Of a DNA stretch of 64,000 bases, positions 40,801 through 52,800 are shown piece after piece (the first letter of the stretch is position 1; every line of letters begins with the position of its first letter). The notes below the pieces were generated by a model. The model was not told where the DNA came from, ran no database searches, and was given only the letters and a program-made list of their open reading frames with translations. This DNA comes from Antedon mediterranea (Eukaryota; Animalia; Echinodermata): NCBI RefSeq assembly GCF_964355755.1, contig NC_092675.1:15162912-15226911 (forward strand), given 5' to 3'. The translations under genes and the position numbers were made by a program.

Positions 40801-43800
40801 ACGCATTCCTCTGAGTTTTAGTCCTCTATTATCGTTGCTCTTTTGGCGCTCCATAGAAACAAAAATATTGAACATTGAATAAGTGAAATTCGCGAACAGT
40901 GTGCGAGAAACACGCCTGTAAAATCATTAATTTAAGGATTTATTTGTTACTTTTTATGTGATTCTTTCATTAAAGTACTCATGAGGTATACTTCTAAGGT
41001 GTGGTATTCACACGATAAAGTTAGTTATCAAATTTGGAGTAAAAATACAAACGATCGGAAACTAGCGCCAGGTTTATTAGTACGTACATGGACAACAATA
41101 AATAAAAATCGTTCGTAATATACCTAGCTTACTAAAACAGGAATAGTGTATCATTATTAAATATTACACCAATTATTATTTTATCAAAATTGATTAAATT
41201 ATTTTCTACATAGGCCTCTTATCTAGGTTAGGGCTAAGCATATTAGCTAAAGTTTAATTTTAGGCCTAGTATTACAATTGTCGGACGTAAGTCTTTTTTC
41301 ACACGCGCTCCAGAATTCTGTCGCAATTTTTTTCTTTGCGGCATGTTATTGGATCGGCATATCAGTTACCTTTTATTCACCGCCAGTTATTGAACTTGTC
41401 CTGGCAATCGCTGTTCACCTTATTTGCGAGAGAGGTACACGTGTTGTTCCTAGAGAATGGAATGTCAAAAATGTCTTTGGCACGCCGCTCAGAGAGAAGT
41501 CTGTGCGTTGCTGCTGAAACCACGTGCTATAGGAGGGGAATGCACCACAATCCTCTGAGCTGAGGGCTGAATCATTCCGCTACCTGCTAAATAGTAAAGA
41601 GGGATTTTCCATCTCTCGGGTCTACCGGATCTAGGCGCAGGAGTGTGACAAAATATTATTTTCACTCTGCTATGTTCGAGAGACATGTGAGGTCGAGTGA
41701 ACACGCTCGAAATGCCAACAAACATTGCAGTCATTTGATGAGTGTGTCGCTATAACAATTATTGTTTGTCGAAAGTTGAAGACTGTCGTTCAGATTTTTG
41801 AACCGTAGTTTGGGCACTTTTGTAAAAGTAAAATTTGACACGATAGGCCTATGACTTGAATGAAAAAACAATCGTTACATAAATATAAACAACATGATGA
41901 GTGTATACACGAATCTATTTAGATACGCTTGTATCGATTGATTATTAGGCCTATAATATAGCATAATAGCACGTTAAGATATGCCTCGCACCTTTTTGAA
42001 ATTGTAAACTATATGCCTCGCATGCCTCGCACTTTTGGAAATGATAAAATGATGCCTCGCACAAATATTTGGCATGCCGCGCATGCCTCGCTTGCCTCGC
42101 TGCCTCGCACTTTGTCAACACTCTTCTATACTGGCTAGGCCTAGGCCCTAGCTATCCATTATAATACTAAATAGGCTAGTAGATTAGATACCTACCATCA
42201 GCGTGAAATTATTATTTATTATATTATAAATTTATAATTAATAAACAAAACATAAAAGTAAATACCTCAATATTTTCTTCAAATAATGATGCACTAGGCC
42301 TAGGCATAAGCCTGCTGACGCTAGATGTTCGAAAAGATTCCGGCCTCGATTGAATCTTATAGCCAAGATGCAGTGTTGGAACAGCATCAGGGCGAATCGT
42401 CTTTCTACCCTTGTCTCCGTATAGCTTGAAGGCATCCTCCGTGAAGTGGGCACTGCAGATCCTTGACTCTTTGTTCTGTGGCGGATTTTTAAGTTTCAAG
42501 GCTTCAAGCCACTTCTTCATCAATTGCTTGTTTTTCAGCGGCATGCGATGATAACTGACGTCCTTATCTCTATGTGACTTGTTATGGCACTTATATACCA
42601 TACAGTGCTTCATTTTGAAGCTAAGAGTAGACGCAAAAAGTAATAACAAAATGCAAGACAATAATAAAATGTTCGTTCGATCGGATGTGTGATGAGAGGA
42701 AAATGATACACGTGTAGTAGCGCGACTTGACAGCTCAAGCGATATCGAGGAGAGAGAGAGGAGACGTGACGTAACATAACACGGTAACGTGACCTTTACA
42801 ACTAAGGTCATTACCTAACTGCTGAAAAAAATACACAGCGATTTTTCGATATTTTTAAACATTTTTTCATTTTTCTGATTTCTCAGAAACTGTTTATTTT
42901 GATATGATTTTTTATGTTTGTACCTACTAATATTATAGACTAGGCTATGAATGAGGTAGGTGCCACCCGGAGAGGTAGAAATTCTCATATAACTTTTCTA
43001 GACCAGTTTTTTCTGGGGAATCCAAATATATTGGGTAAACGGGCTGTAACCTGAGAACTTTTGCGTGAGGGCGCTTTTTTCAAAATGGCTGCCAGTTACA
43101 GTAGACTATGATATCTTGGCAACCACTGGTCATAGAGAGTTGATTTTGGTGTCAAATTGTTTGGAATGTACATGTTCCTATTTGATGTAATAGAACATTT
43201 TGTCTGAAAATGGCCGGAAATACCTCTATTGACCTTTGACCCAATATCTAACAGATATCATATCTCCGTAACTACTCGACACAGAAAGTTGTAATTGGTG
43301 TCAAACTCTCCAGAATATAGATGTTTATATTCAAACTAATAGAACATTATCTGTAAAAATGACCGGAAATAACGTTACTGACCTTTGACCCAAAATACAA
43401 GACATTTCTCCTATCTGATCACGTTAATCCTGTCAATTAATTCATTTTGTGCCAATTGGAGGTTGACATTCTCATATTATTTTCTGGACCAGTTTTTCAT
43501 GTGCAATCCGAATATATGAGATAAATAAGCCATAACAAGGCCAAGAATTTAATTCTTTTACTACATACATGCTTCCCTTTAGTGTTTCAGTCTGTATGTC
43601 GTGTATTAATCTTCAAGATCGCTCACATCACTGCAATCTGAAAAGTCTTCATATTCATTATGTGTAAACAGTTCCTGGACATCAGTGGGCATCACTGTCT
43701 CAATCCATTTAGGCTCCATTTGTTCGTTCCATCCATTGTGTGTACTGTTGTTGACAAAATCATTGACGTCTGCTGATTGCCATTCTTTAGTAATGAAGTT

Positions 43801-46800
43801 TGCTCTAAGTATATGAAACTCAAGGGTCTGCTGACATAGTGGCAGTAATGATATATCTGTAATCTTGTTGTGTCTGGAAAACTTTCTGTTGAAGATATCA
43901 TATCTTGCTTGATTTACACTTTTCCCCTTCACTCCATACAATGGTGAAACATACTCTTCAAGTTCCTCATACAACTCTTTTGATGGAACATCTGACACTC
44001 CAAGGTTGCAGAATGTGTCAACAAATGTTGCTTTTGATTCCAGAAGCTTCCAGCAGGTAAATTTTCCTTTCCGAACGAAAGCGGAGTTATACTCGTTACC
44101 TGTGAAAGCATGGAATCCAATAAGGGATGATTTCTGCGCTTTTGTTAAATCAATGTCACTCAATTTCAGTACATTTCGGTATTTCCCAGTGTTTTTATCA
44201 ATAATTATCTCTCTATGAAATGAGATAGTGAAATGACTGGAATGTCAATGTCTCCAGAATGGGAACGAATTATTGCTACGCCTTGATTGTTATTTGTTAA
44301 ACCATGCTTTGCATGCAGGATGACTTTCGTGTCGGCTTCTTCTTGGCTACTATTAAGCTCCGGAACCAATACAACATCTCAGTTTAGTAACGTAGATGCA
44401 TTCTTTGTACGATGAAAAGTAAATAACATCACTCCTCATATCTGTTAGAATGCTTTCTTTCTTTGACACTAGTACACAGCGAATAAGCTCAATCAATCTG
44501 GTCTTGTTCTCGCCGTTGGCAAGGAAATTGTTGAAATCACGGGGCAACTTTGATATTTTTGAGCTTACAATTACTTTTGGTGCAATACCGCGTTCTGTTT
44601 CTCGCAGTGCTCGACCAGGATCCATAACATCATCTCACTTTATTTTCGAATAGTGGGAAAAAACTAGAAATCAAGGCAAATGGGAAAGTAAAAGTAATAT
44701 AAGCTAATCGGGATGTTTTAGGAAAGCTTCTTGCCACCTCAACAAAGCATGGTAGAATAATTGACTTTAAGAAAGCCTTTGAGTATCCACTTACCCCTGT
44801 CCCGCTAAGCCTTGCTAATGCAGATGGGACAAGACGAACAACTCAGAAAAGTGTCCTAATGGAAATTCTCATCGAAAGTTCAACAGATGTTATAGATCCT
44901 GGTCGGGCACTGCCAGCAAAGGCTACTGTCATTGCCTATGTTGTTGACTTGATGGCATTAATCAGAACATTTACATCTTACCCTGATACGTACGAGGATC
45001 TTGTAGCAAAGGTTTTCAACAGCATCCCTAAAGGATACAAGCGTGTTGATATTGTTACCGATGCATACCTGCCAAAAAGCATTAAGTCTGTTTAGAGAAA
45101 CATACGCGGTATTGCACCAAAAGTAATTGTAAGCTCAACAATATCAAAGTTGGCCGTGATTTCAACAATTTCCTTGCCAACGGCGAGAACAAGACCAGAT
45201 TGATTGAGCTTATTCGCTGTGTACTAGTGTCAAAGAAAGAAAGCATTCTAACAGATATGAGGATTGATGTTACCTACTTTTCATCGTACAAAGAATGCAT
45301 CTACGTTACTAACTGAGATGTTGTATTGGTTCCGGAGCTTAATAGTAGCCGGAAGAAGAAGCCTACACGAAAGTCATCCTGCATGCAAAGCATGCTTTAA
45401 CAAATAACAATCAAGGCGTAGCAATAATTCGTTCCCATTCTGGAGACATTGATATTCCAGTCATTGCACTATCTCATTTCATAGATGATGGGCAGAGGGT
45501 AAGTATTGATACAAACACTGGGAAATACCGAAAGGTACTGAAATTGAGTGACATTGATTTAACAAAAGCGCAGAAATCATCCCTTATTGGATTCCATGCT
45601 TTCACAGGTAACGATTATAACTCCGCTTTCTTTCGGAAAGGAAAACGTACCTGCTGGAAGCTTGGAATCAAAAGCAAAATTTGTTGACGCATTCTGAAAC
45701 CTTGGAGTGTCAGATGTTCCATCAAAAGAGTTGTATGAGGAATTTGTAGAGTATGTTTCACTATTGTATGGAGTGAAGGGGAAAAGTGTAAATCAAGCAA
45801 GATATGATACCTTCAACAGAAAGTTTTCCAGACACAACAAGATTACAGATATATCATTACTGCCACTATGTCAGCAGACCCTTGAGTTTCATATACTTGG
45901 AGCAAACTTCATTACTAAAGAATGGCAATCAGCAGACGTCAATGATTTTGTCAACAACAGTACACACAATGGATGGAACGAACAAATGGAGCCTAAATGG
46001 ATTGAGACAGTGATTCCCACTGATGTCCAGGAACTGTTTACACATAATGAATATGAAGACTTTTCAGATTGCAGTGATGTGAGCGATCTTGAAGATTAAT
46101 ACACGACATACAGTCTGAAACACTAAAGGGAAGCATGTATGTAGTAAAAGAGAATTAAATTCTTGGCCTTGTTTGCTTATTTATCTCATATATTCGGATT
46201 GCACATAAAAAACTGGAAAATAATATGAGAATGTCAACCTCCAATTGGCACAAAATGAATTAATTGACAAGATTAACGTGATCAGATGGGAGAAATGTCT
46301 TGCATTTTGGGTCAAAGGTCAGTAACGTTATTTCCGGTCATTTTTACAGATAATGTTCTATTAGTTTGAATATAAACATCTATATTCTGGAGAGTTTGAC
46401 ACCAATTACAACTTTCTGTGTCGAGTAGTTACGAAGATATGATATCTGTTAGATATTGGGTCAAAGGTCAATAGAGGTATTTCCGGTCATTTTCTGACAA
46501 AATGTTCTATTACATCAAATAGGAACATGTACATTCCGAACAATTTGACACCAAAATCAACTCTCTATGACCAGTGGTTGCCAAGATATCATAGTCTACT
46601 GTAACTGGCAGCCATTTTGAAAAAAGCGCCCTCACGCGAAAGTTCTCAGGTTACAGCCCGTTTACCCAATATATTTGGATTCCCCAGAAAAAACTGGTCT
46701 AGAAAAGTCATATGAGAATTTCTACCTCTCCGGGTGGCACCTACCTCATTCATAGCCTAGTCTATTAATATACTGGAGTAAATAACAGAAGGAAAAGCCC

Positions 46801-49800
46801 TGAGTACACCTCCACTTTAATCAATTATTTTACCATGTAATCTGTACACGAAAGGGACCTAAAACTCCCTGACCTATCTATGGAATTTTCCTTTGAAACT
46901 TTTCGCACTGTGTGTGTGTGTGTGTAGCATGCGTTTCCGAGGCATTGTTAGAATCCTTCAACCGTGATGACCTACCCGTCAACGGCGAATACACCAACGC
47001 GATTCGCTTAAAATGACATCATATGATGTACTGGTATTAATTTTCTGTGGTTGAGCCTCTCAGAATTTCACGAAAATTCTTTTAAACATGTAAAAATTAG
47101 ATATTTTTTATGATATACGATTTATCTATAAACAACTCGAATTATAAACTACCTAATATTTCGAGAAAATAAAACATTTTTAGCACTTAGAATTTTTTTT
47201 TATAGATTTAATGAACATAACATGTAGAACTATATTATCTTGGCGTAGGAAAACAAATTTTAATTTGTGAGAGGCTCAACCACGCTGAAGGTATAGTGGG
47301 GGAAGTCCCCTCCTGGACCGCATGTAACCGTTTTGCGTTGAAAATTGTTGTACGGGCTTGTGTGGTTCGTGTCGTTAACTGTATAGTTAATATGATGCAT
47401 TGGAAATCAAACTTTTATGATCTTTTAGATTAATAATTAGACACCAAGTAATTTTTTTCATAGTATATTTATTCTCAAAGTAATTGATAATCAAAAATTG
47501 TTTACTAGGCCTAGTGAAGAAAAATAGCACGTCAAAGAAATTGCGTGCATAATAACGTATCGTAGTTGAATCGTGGAAAGTAAAATACTGTTCTGGGACG
47601 CGTGCCTCTCGGACTCCCTAATAATAGACCTAGCCTAGGCCCTACTGTATATTATTATTATTAATAATATATAATATTATTATTGAACTTCCTAACGTCA
47701 TAAAATAAGAACCACGCATTTTAAATTAATAAAGTACATAACAAATGGGAGTAAAATAATTGCTAAATATGTCGGGCCAAAAAAGATTTGTGCGTAATAT
47801 ATGTTGTTATTGTTATGCTATTTTTTTGTAATTATTTTTTTTTTTTAAACACAAATATGCAGGTTTTTTTTCCTCAAATATTTAATATACATAAATGCAA
47901 TAAAAATTAATATATTTATTTCAAATTAAGCATATATTTATGTGTCTGTAAACTAGTCTAAATGACCTATATAGCTCTAGAAAGCCAGAGCTTCCGGGGG
48001 CCTTCGGCCCCTGGACTTTGCTCACAAAGTTATTTATTTATGACTTCAAACTTCTCCTGTTACTTTTTTTTTCTCCTCCTACTTAAAACCTTAATGCAAC
48101 CCCTGGTTTAATAGCTAGTGATTCTATTAATTATTTCCACAAAAAAAAAAATTAAAAAACCAACCATATTTTTTTATAATATCATAAAACATATATCGTG
48201 ACGAAATTTCGCAGAAAAACCACCTCATTTTTATCCCTAAACATTTCATTAAAACTCTGTGAATTGTACTGGAAATTAAAAAAATTAATTCATTCAATTT
48301 AGCCATTATTTAATGTAGTATTGAACATAAGTTTTTGTTTTTAAAAAAAAGTTTCAGTTTTTGATATATAGTAATAATTTGACACATGGTCCGGTGACGG
48401 AATTACAGTGACGGAATTACCTCTGAAATTGAAATCTGCAGACCATCTTTAAATTTATTTAATAAGGGTTTCTGAATAATTTTAAGGCAAAACACAATAT
48501 ATTAATTTGAACCTATTGCATTTGATACAGAAAATATTTTTTAAATATTGCATCAGTAAAACATACAAAACAATATTTAGATTTTCTTTTTTTTTTTTAT
48601 TTTCACTGCCGAATAGATAGTTGAAATCTTTAAAAATTAAACCAATTCATCATGATTAAAACAAAAATACATCCCTTCTGGTGGTGGTCTACTGTAGCCC
48701 TAGCTAGCAGTGTACTGCCTGGGCCTACTACACTCTACTTCTAGAGACAGAAGTAGGCAGCAGTTAGGCTACTCGAGACTGTCAGTGCTAGTAGTAGTAG
48801 TAGTAGTACAGTAGCAGCAAATTCGGGGCTAGGCCTAGCTAGGCCTCTCCTGTTAGCGAAACAAAAACTCACCTAAATGAATAAGATTCAACATCAAAGT
48901 TACCAACTGTAATTCTAACTTAGCATTCTGCTAGCTATAGTTATAGTGTTTTCTTCAAGATTCGTCTCGCATCACTACTCGACTCGCACGCATGTATTGC
49001 TATCGTTGTTGGCTGTTGATTTGGAAAGCATCATCCACACGATGTATCCATACAATATGAATATTTATGAGCTAACTCAGGTCAAGGGTTAAATTAAACC
49101 GGAACACATTTGTCTTCCAGACAAATAGCTTCCGGTTGGTTAATTTTTGCATTAAATTGCGATTTTCCAGTGTAAAAAATTATTTTTTTCAATCCAAATT
49201 GAGGTCAAAGTGAATAACTTTTATGTGCAATTAAAATGGCCTATTCAACAAAAATATTGAAAAAAAAAATTTTTTCAGGGGGACAATACATCTTTAAAGA
49301 TTCTGAGAAAATCAATCATCAATATATCTTCAATCAATCAATTATTTTTATTTAAATCAATGCATTTAACCTATAATTCGTCATAGTGACGAATTAAATC
49401 TAGTCTTTCTTTTATTTTTATAATAATGGCTCCGATGGTCTAATTATATTGGCCCGAATGTCCACGCGCGTTGGTACTCGATCGTCTTTAAAACTAGATT
49501 TGAATTCGTCACAGGGACGAGTTAGGCTATCGCGCAATGCATCGTAACATACAGATGCTATTTATTAGTCTTAGCCTGCAGTAAGCTGCACCACAACTAT
49601 TGTACAAACAGCTTAGCATCGATTAAAATTGTTCAACAAGCGTCAACAGTTGACTGTATTGGCATTGTAAACGGTTTAGTTGACCACTCACGTTTATTTA
49701 ATTGTTTGAATATGATGACATTTTCAAATTAAAAATAAAGCTCATGTTTCTGAAGAATGTTTTAAGTAATAACATTATTGAAAATTGGAAGAAAATTGAT

Positions 49801-52800
49801 AACGTTTACACGATATGCGCTCTATTGAATGTGACGAACTGTGTCAAAAGAGATAAAAATCCAATTTTTTAAATTTAGATGGCCATATGATGACGTCATA
49901 ACATATTTATGACCTAAATTTCACATGAATTCATATCTACAACTCATTGCGCTTTATAATAAGTTAAAAAAATAGGGGGTCACCAGCCATCCTGAAGCTC
50001 AGCTATAATCGATTCAAATAAGGCATATTTTTAATTAACAATTTTCAGGCGCACAAACAAGCTTTCTAGGCTGCATACGATTGGAGGATTGTCACCGCGC
50101 AGCCATCAGAATTTTTTTGGCAGTATAAATAAATGGTTAGGCCTATAGTTATTACCAAATAATGATTACTATAAAATGTAATTAATGATAATAATAATTG
50201 TAATAAATCTATTCATTAAATAGATTAATTTAGTAAACAGCAGTATTGTTTATCAGTCGATTTTTAATACTTTACCTTCCAGACTTTGATTATCGAAAAT
50301 TATATATCAGAGAAAATACTGCAACTTTTCCTATGAAGTAGCTTCGTAAATAGAACGTATGCTTCGTTGTTGACTTCGATTGTAGGTTACATTGTTTGGC
50401 TTCGTAACAACAACCCTACGATGTTCTTAGTAAAGTAACAAGGTGTGGAAATTAATGGGTTAATTTTGATTGGCGTACTGTAGGACCAAGTTGTACATTA
50501 CTAAAAAATATATACTGTCTGCAATATAATATTTTTTAATCGTAACAGTTTCCTTCATGCATGTTTACCTACTCAATAGCGAAATAAAATTTCCTACGAT
50601 GTAAACATAGAGACACGATCCAACACAATGAACTAGGCCAATTAATAAAAATAATAATTATAGCGAACGTCCAGTCGATCCACAAGCGATGCAAAAAAAA
50701 AAAATCGTACAAAATTCATTCTAAATATAGTATCAGAACGTTCAGTTGGCCGCGCAAAAAGACTTCCCGACAGAAGACCGTAATTAATACAGACCTAGTT
50801 TTTTTGGTCATATTGGCATGAAACGCGATACTCTCTGTTTTAATACCGCAAACCTCGCTTGTTTTTTTTACTCAGGGGTGGCTACTGTACAAAACAGTGT
50901 GTGCCTGGATTTTGTGTCACATGACATGAAAACTGTTCCCAAAATCCAACGGCTTGCATGTTTATCCCCTCCAAATTCTGTTCGGGCCTTTTCATTTACA
51001 CATGTCGTAATAATAATTTAAAAAGCCTATGTTAAATCTTATTTATTTTGCATATATTTTGTTGGTGTCCTAGCCTAGGTGTCGTTGTTTTTATAATTCT
51101 CTAACCCGTAGAATTAAATCATTTATATAGTGTAGGCCACCGAAACTCTCTCTGCGTGAGCTGAGGGACACCGGCTCGATATCGTCTCGTCGGCGGATGT
51201 CCTGATAAATTCGGATAACCGATGCATAGGGCGGCTACACAAATTGACAAGGATTTTAATTAGCATTTTTGTTTGCATTGTATCTAAAGGCGATGGCATT
51301 TGTGTTTAGTTTACTAAACCTACGAACCACCCTACGATCGACGCGTAGATAATTATCATTTCATAAACAATACATCGTAGGCTGCTACAAACAATACTTC
51401 ATACGTATGCTACAGAGAACCATGACCTACGATCTACCTACGCGTAGGCTACGAAAGGTTTAACGCGTAGATACAAAGCAGTAATTTCTTTCTGTACTGT
51501 AAGAATAGATCTTTTGTGAATATAATTAGCGGAGCATCAGGACTAGTGCGTAATCCAAAATAATTGCATTCTTCTGGGCGGAATTTTTATGTCCTCAGAA
51601 ATCGATTGAAACAACCTATAAATTACCGGAAGTTAATTTGCAGCCCTGCAATGCATTTTGGGATTTATAGCGGGCCGCTATAATTATTAGAATCAACTTA
51701 TTTTTCACATTTTTAACCATTTAAAGACGAAAAAAGTTATTGCAATAGGACCATATAGTATTATTTTTACACTAGCCCCAGGGCGGGGTTTCCAAATTAG
51801 TTTTGAGACGCCTTCTCAGTACATAACACACACGCCAGTATCTCCCTATACTCACCAACCTCCATCCCTCTTCAATAACACCCCACACTTCAAAATGAAA
51901 TGAGTATACGTAGGTATGATAGGCCTAATATTGGTTTAAGTACGTTGTAAACTGTGTAAATGAATAGGTGTCATATTGGCTGATAATTGAAATATCTAAT
52001 TTAGATACTGCAATCGCCCAGCCTTCTTTCTCCTCTCACCATCCCAGCCACAATCAACAAACCTTAACTCCTCCCCTGGACAGTTCAAATATAGTAACTT
52101 TTCCTAGTAAAAATTGCATTGCAATCACATACTTGATTACGCCAGTATTTCCGCTCCCCCTCCTCCCTCCCAACACACCCCAGATACTGGGTGATGTGTT
52201 TAGGACGGTTCCAGTACAAATAATGTTAGCCATCACTCCAACCCATAATCCCTCAGTGGCAGTATTCAAATGTAGTTTAAAACATTCCCAGTACAGTTTC
52301 AGTCATGGTGAAAAGCCCTACATCCCCACCCCAAACTCCCAGCCCCTTGCCAGTAATAATTAAAATACTGTAACAATTTCCTACCACAATTCTGGTCAAT
52401 TTGATAGCCTACTACCCCTAGCCTAAGCAAAATCCCACTATCCCCTGAACCCCAACTCTCACACCCTAACTCTCACACCCTATCTCCCAATCCCCCTCTC
52501 CCACCAAATCCTCAAACTTTTTGAAATGTAGTTTAAAACCTTCCCAGTACAATTGCGATCATTTTGATACCCCATATGTATGGTTACATGCAGAAATAGA
52601 AATTTCAAACAGACAGACGTACAAACTCTCTCACTTATAATATAGATTAAATATAGTTTGTGATCTTAAAATAGATCTAAAAAACGTAGGTAAGGTGTCT
52701 TTAACCGATTCACCACGATAAGCGCCTAAAGTGCTCATGAGGTTAAAAGTCAAGGTCATTGTAAAAAAATTGTCAAAAAAAAAAGAAATAAATCGAATTT

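Larger units (their letters stand above)
42936..46764. mobile_element. Palindromic Academ element made of two inverted copies of the transposase 3' end
   Basis: Termini TAGACTAGGCTATGAATGAGGTAGG are mirrored exactly; TTA on both flanks. Arms are 42936-44631 and 44886-46764. Both encode [27 protein letters not shown](D/E)YNSAF.RKGK (XPG-like region of Academ transposases). Confidence 0.85.
37222..46816 (-). mobile_element. Kolobok-type DNA transposon (one end visible), interrupted by two nested elements
   Basis: Contains the THAP/DDE gene below. Upstream sequence resumes after the Academ insertion and ends ..GTACACCTCCACT|TTAA at 46816. The downstream TIR was not found, so the left limit is approximate. 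Confidence 0.65.

Noticed and set aside
43606-46099. Two divergent host nuclease genes, or an assembly artefact
   Set aside because: Both are frameshifted Academ transposase fragments in inverted arms that have diverged from each other and are bounded by TIRs and a TSD.
36400-49297. The two GGGGGACAATACATCT-TTAA ends as long direct repeats enclosing the Kolobok transposase
   Set aside because: Similarity is limited to the terminus and one short subterminal motif; the transposase-bearing element appears to end separately at 46816.
51968-52363. 131-aa Pro-rich ORF
   Set aside because: No recognisable domain; it lies in C-rich repeated sequence of the Helitron-like element.
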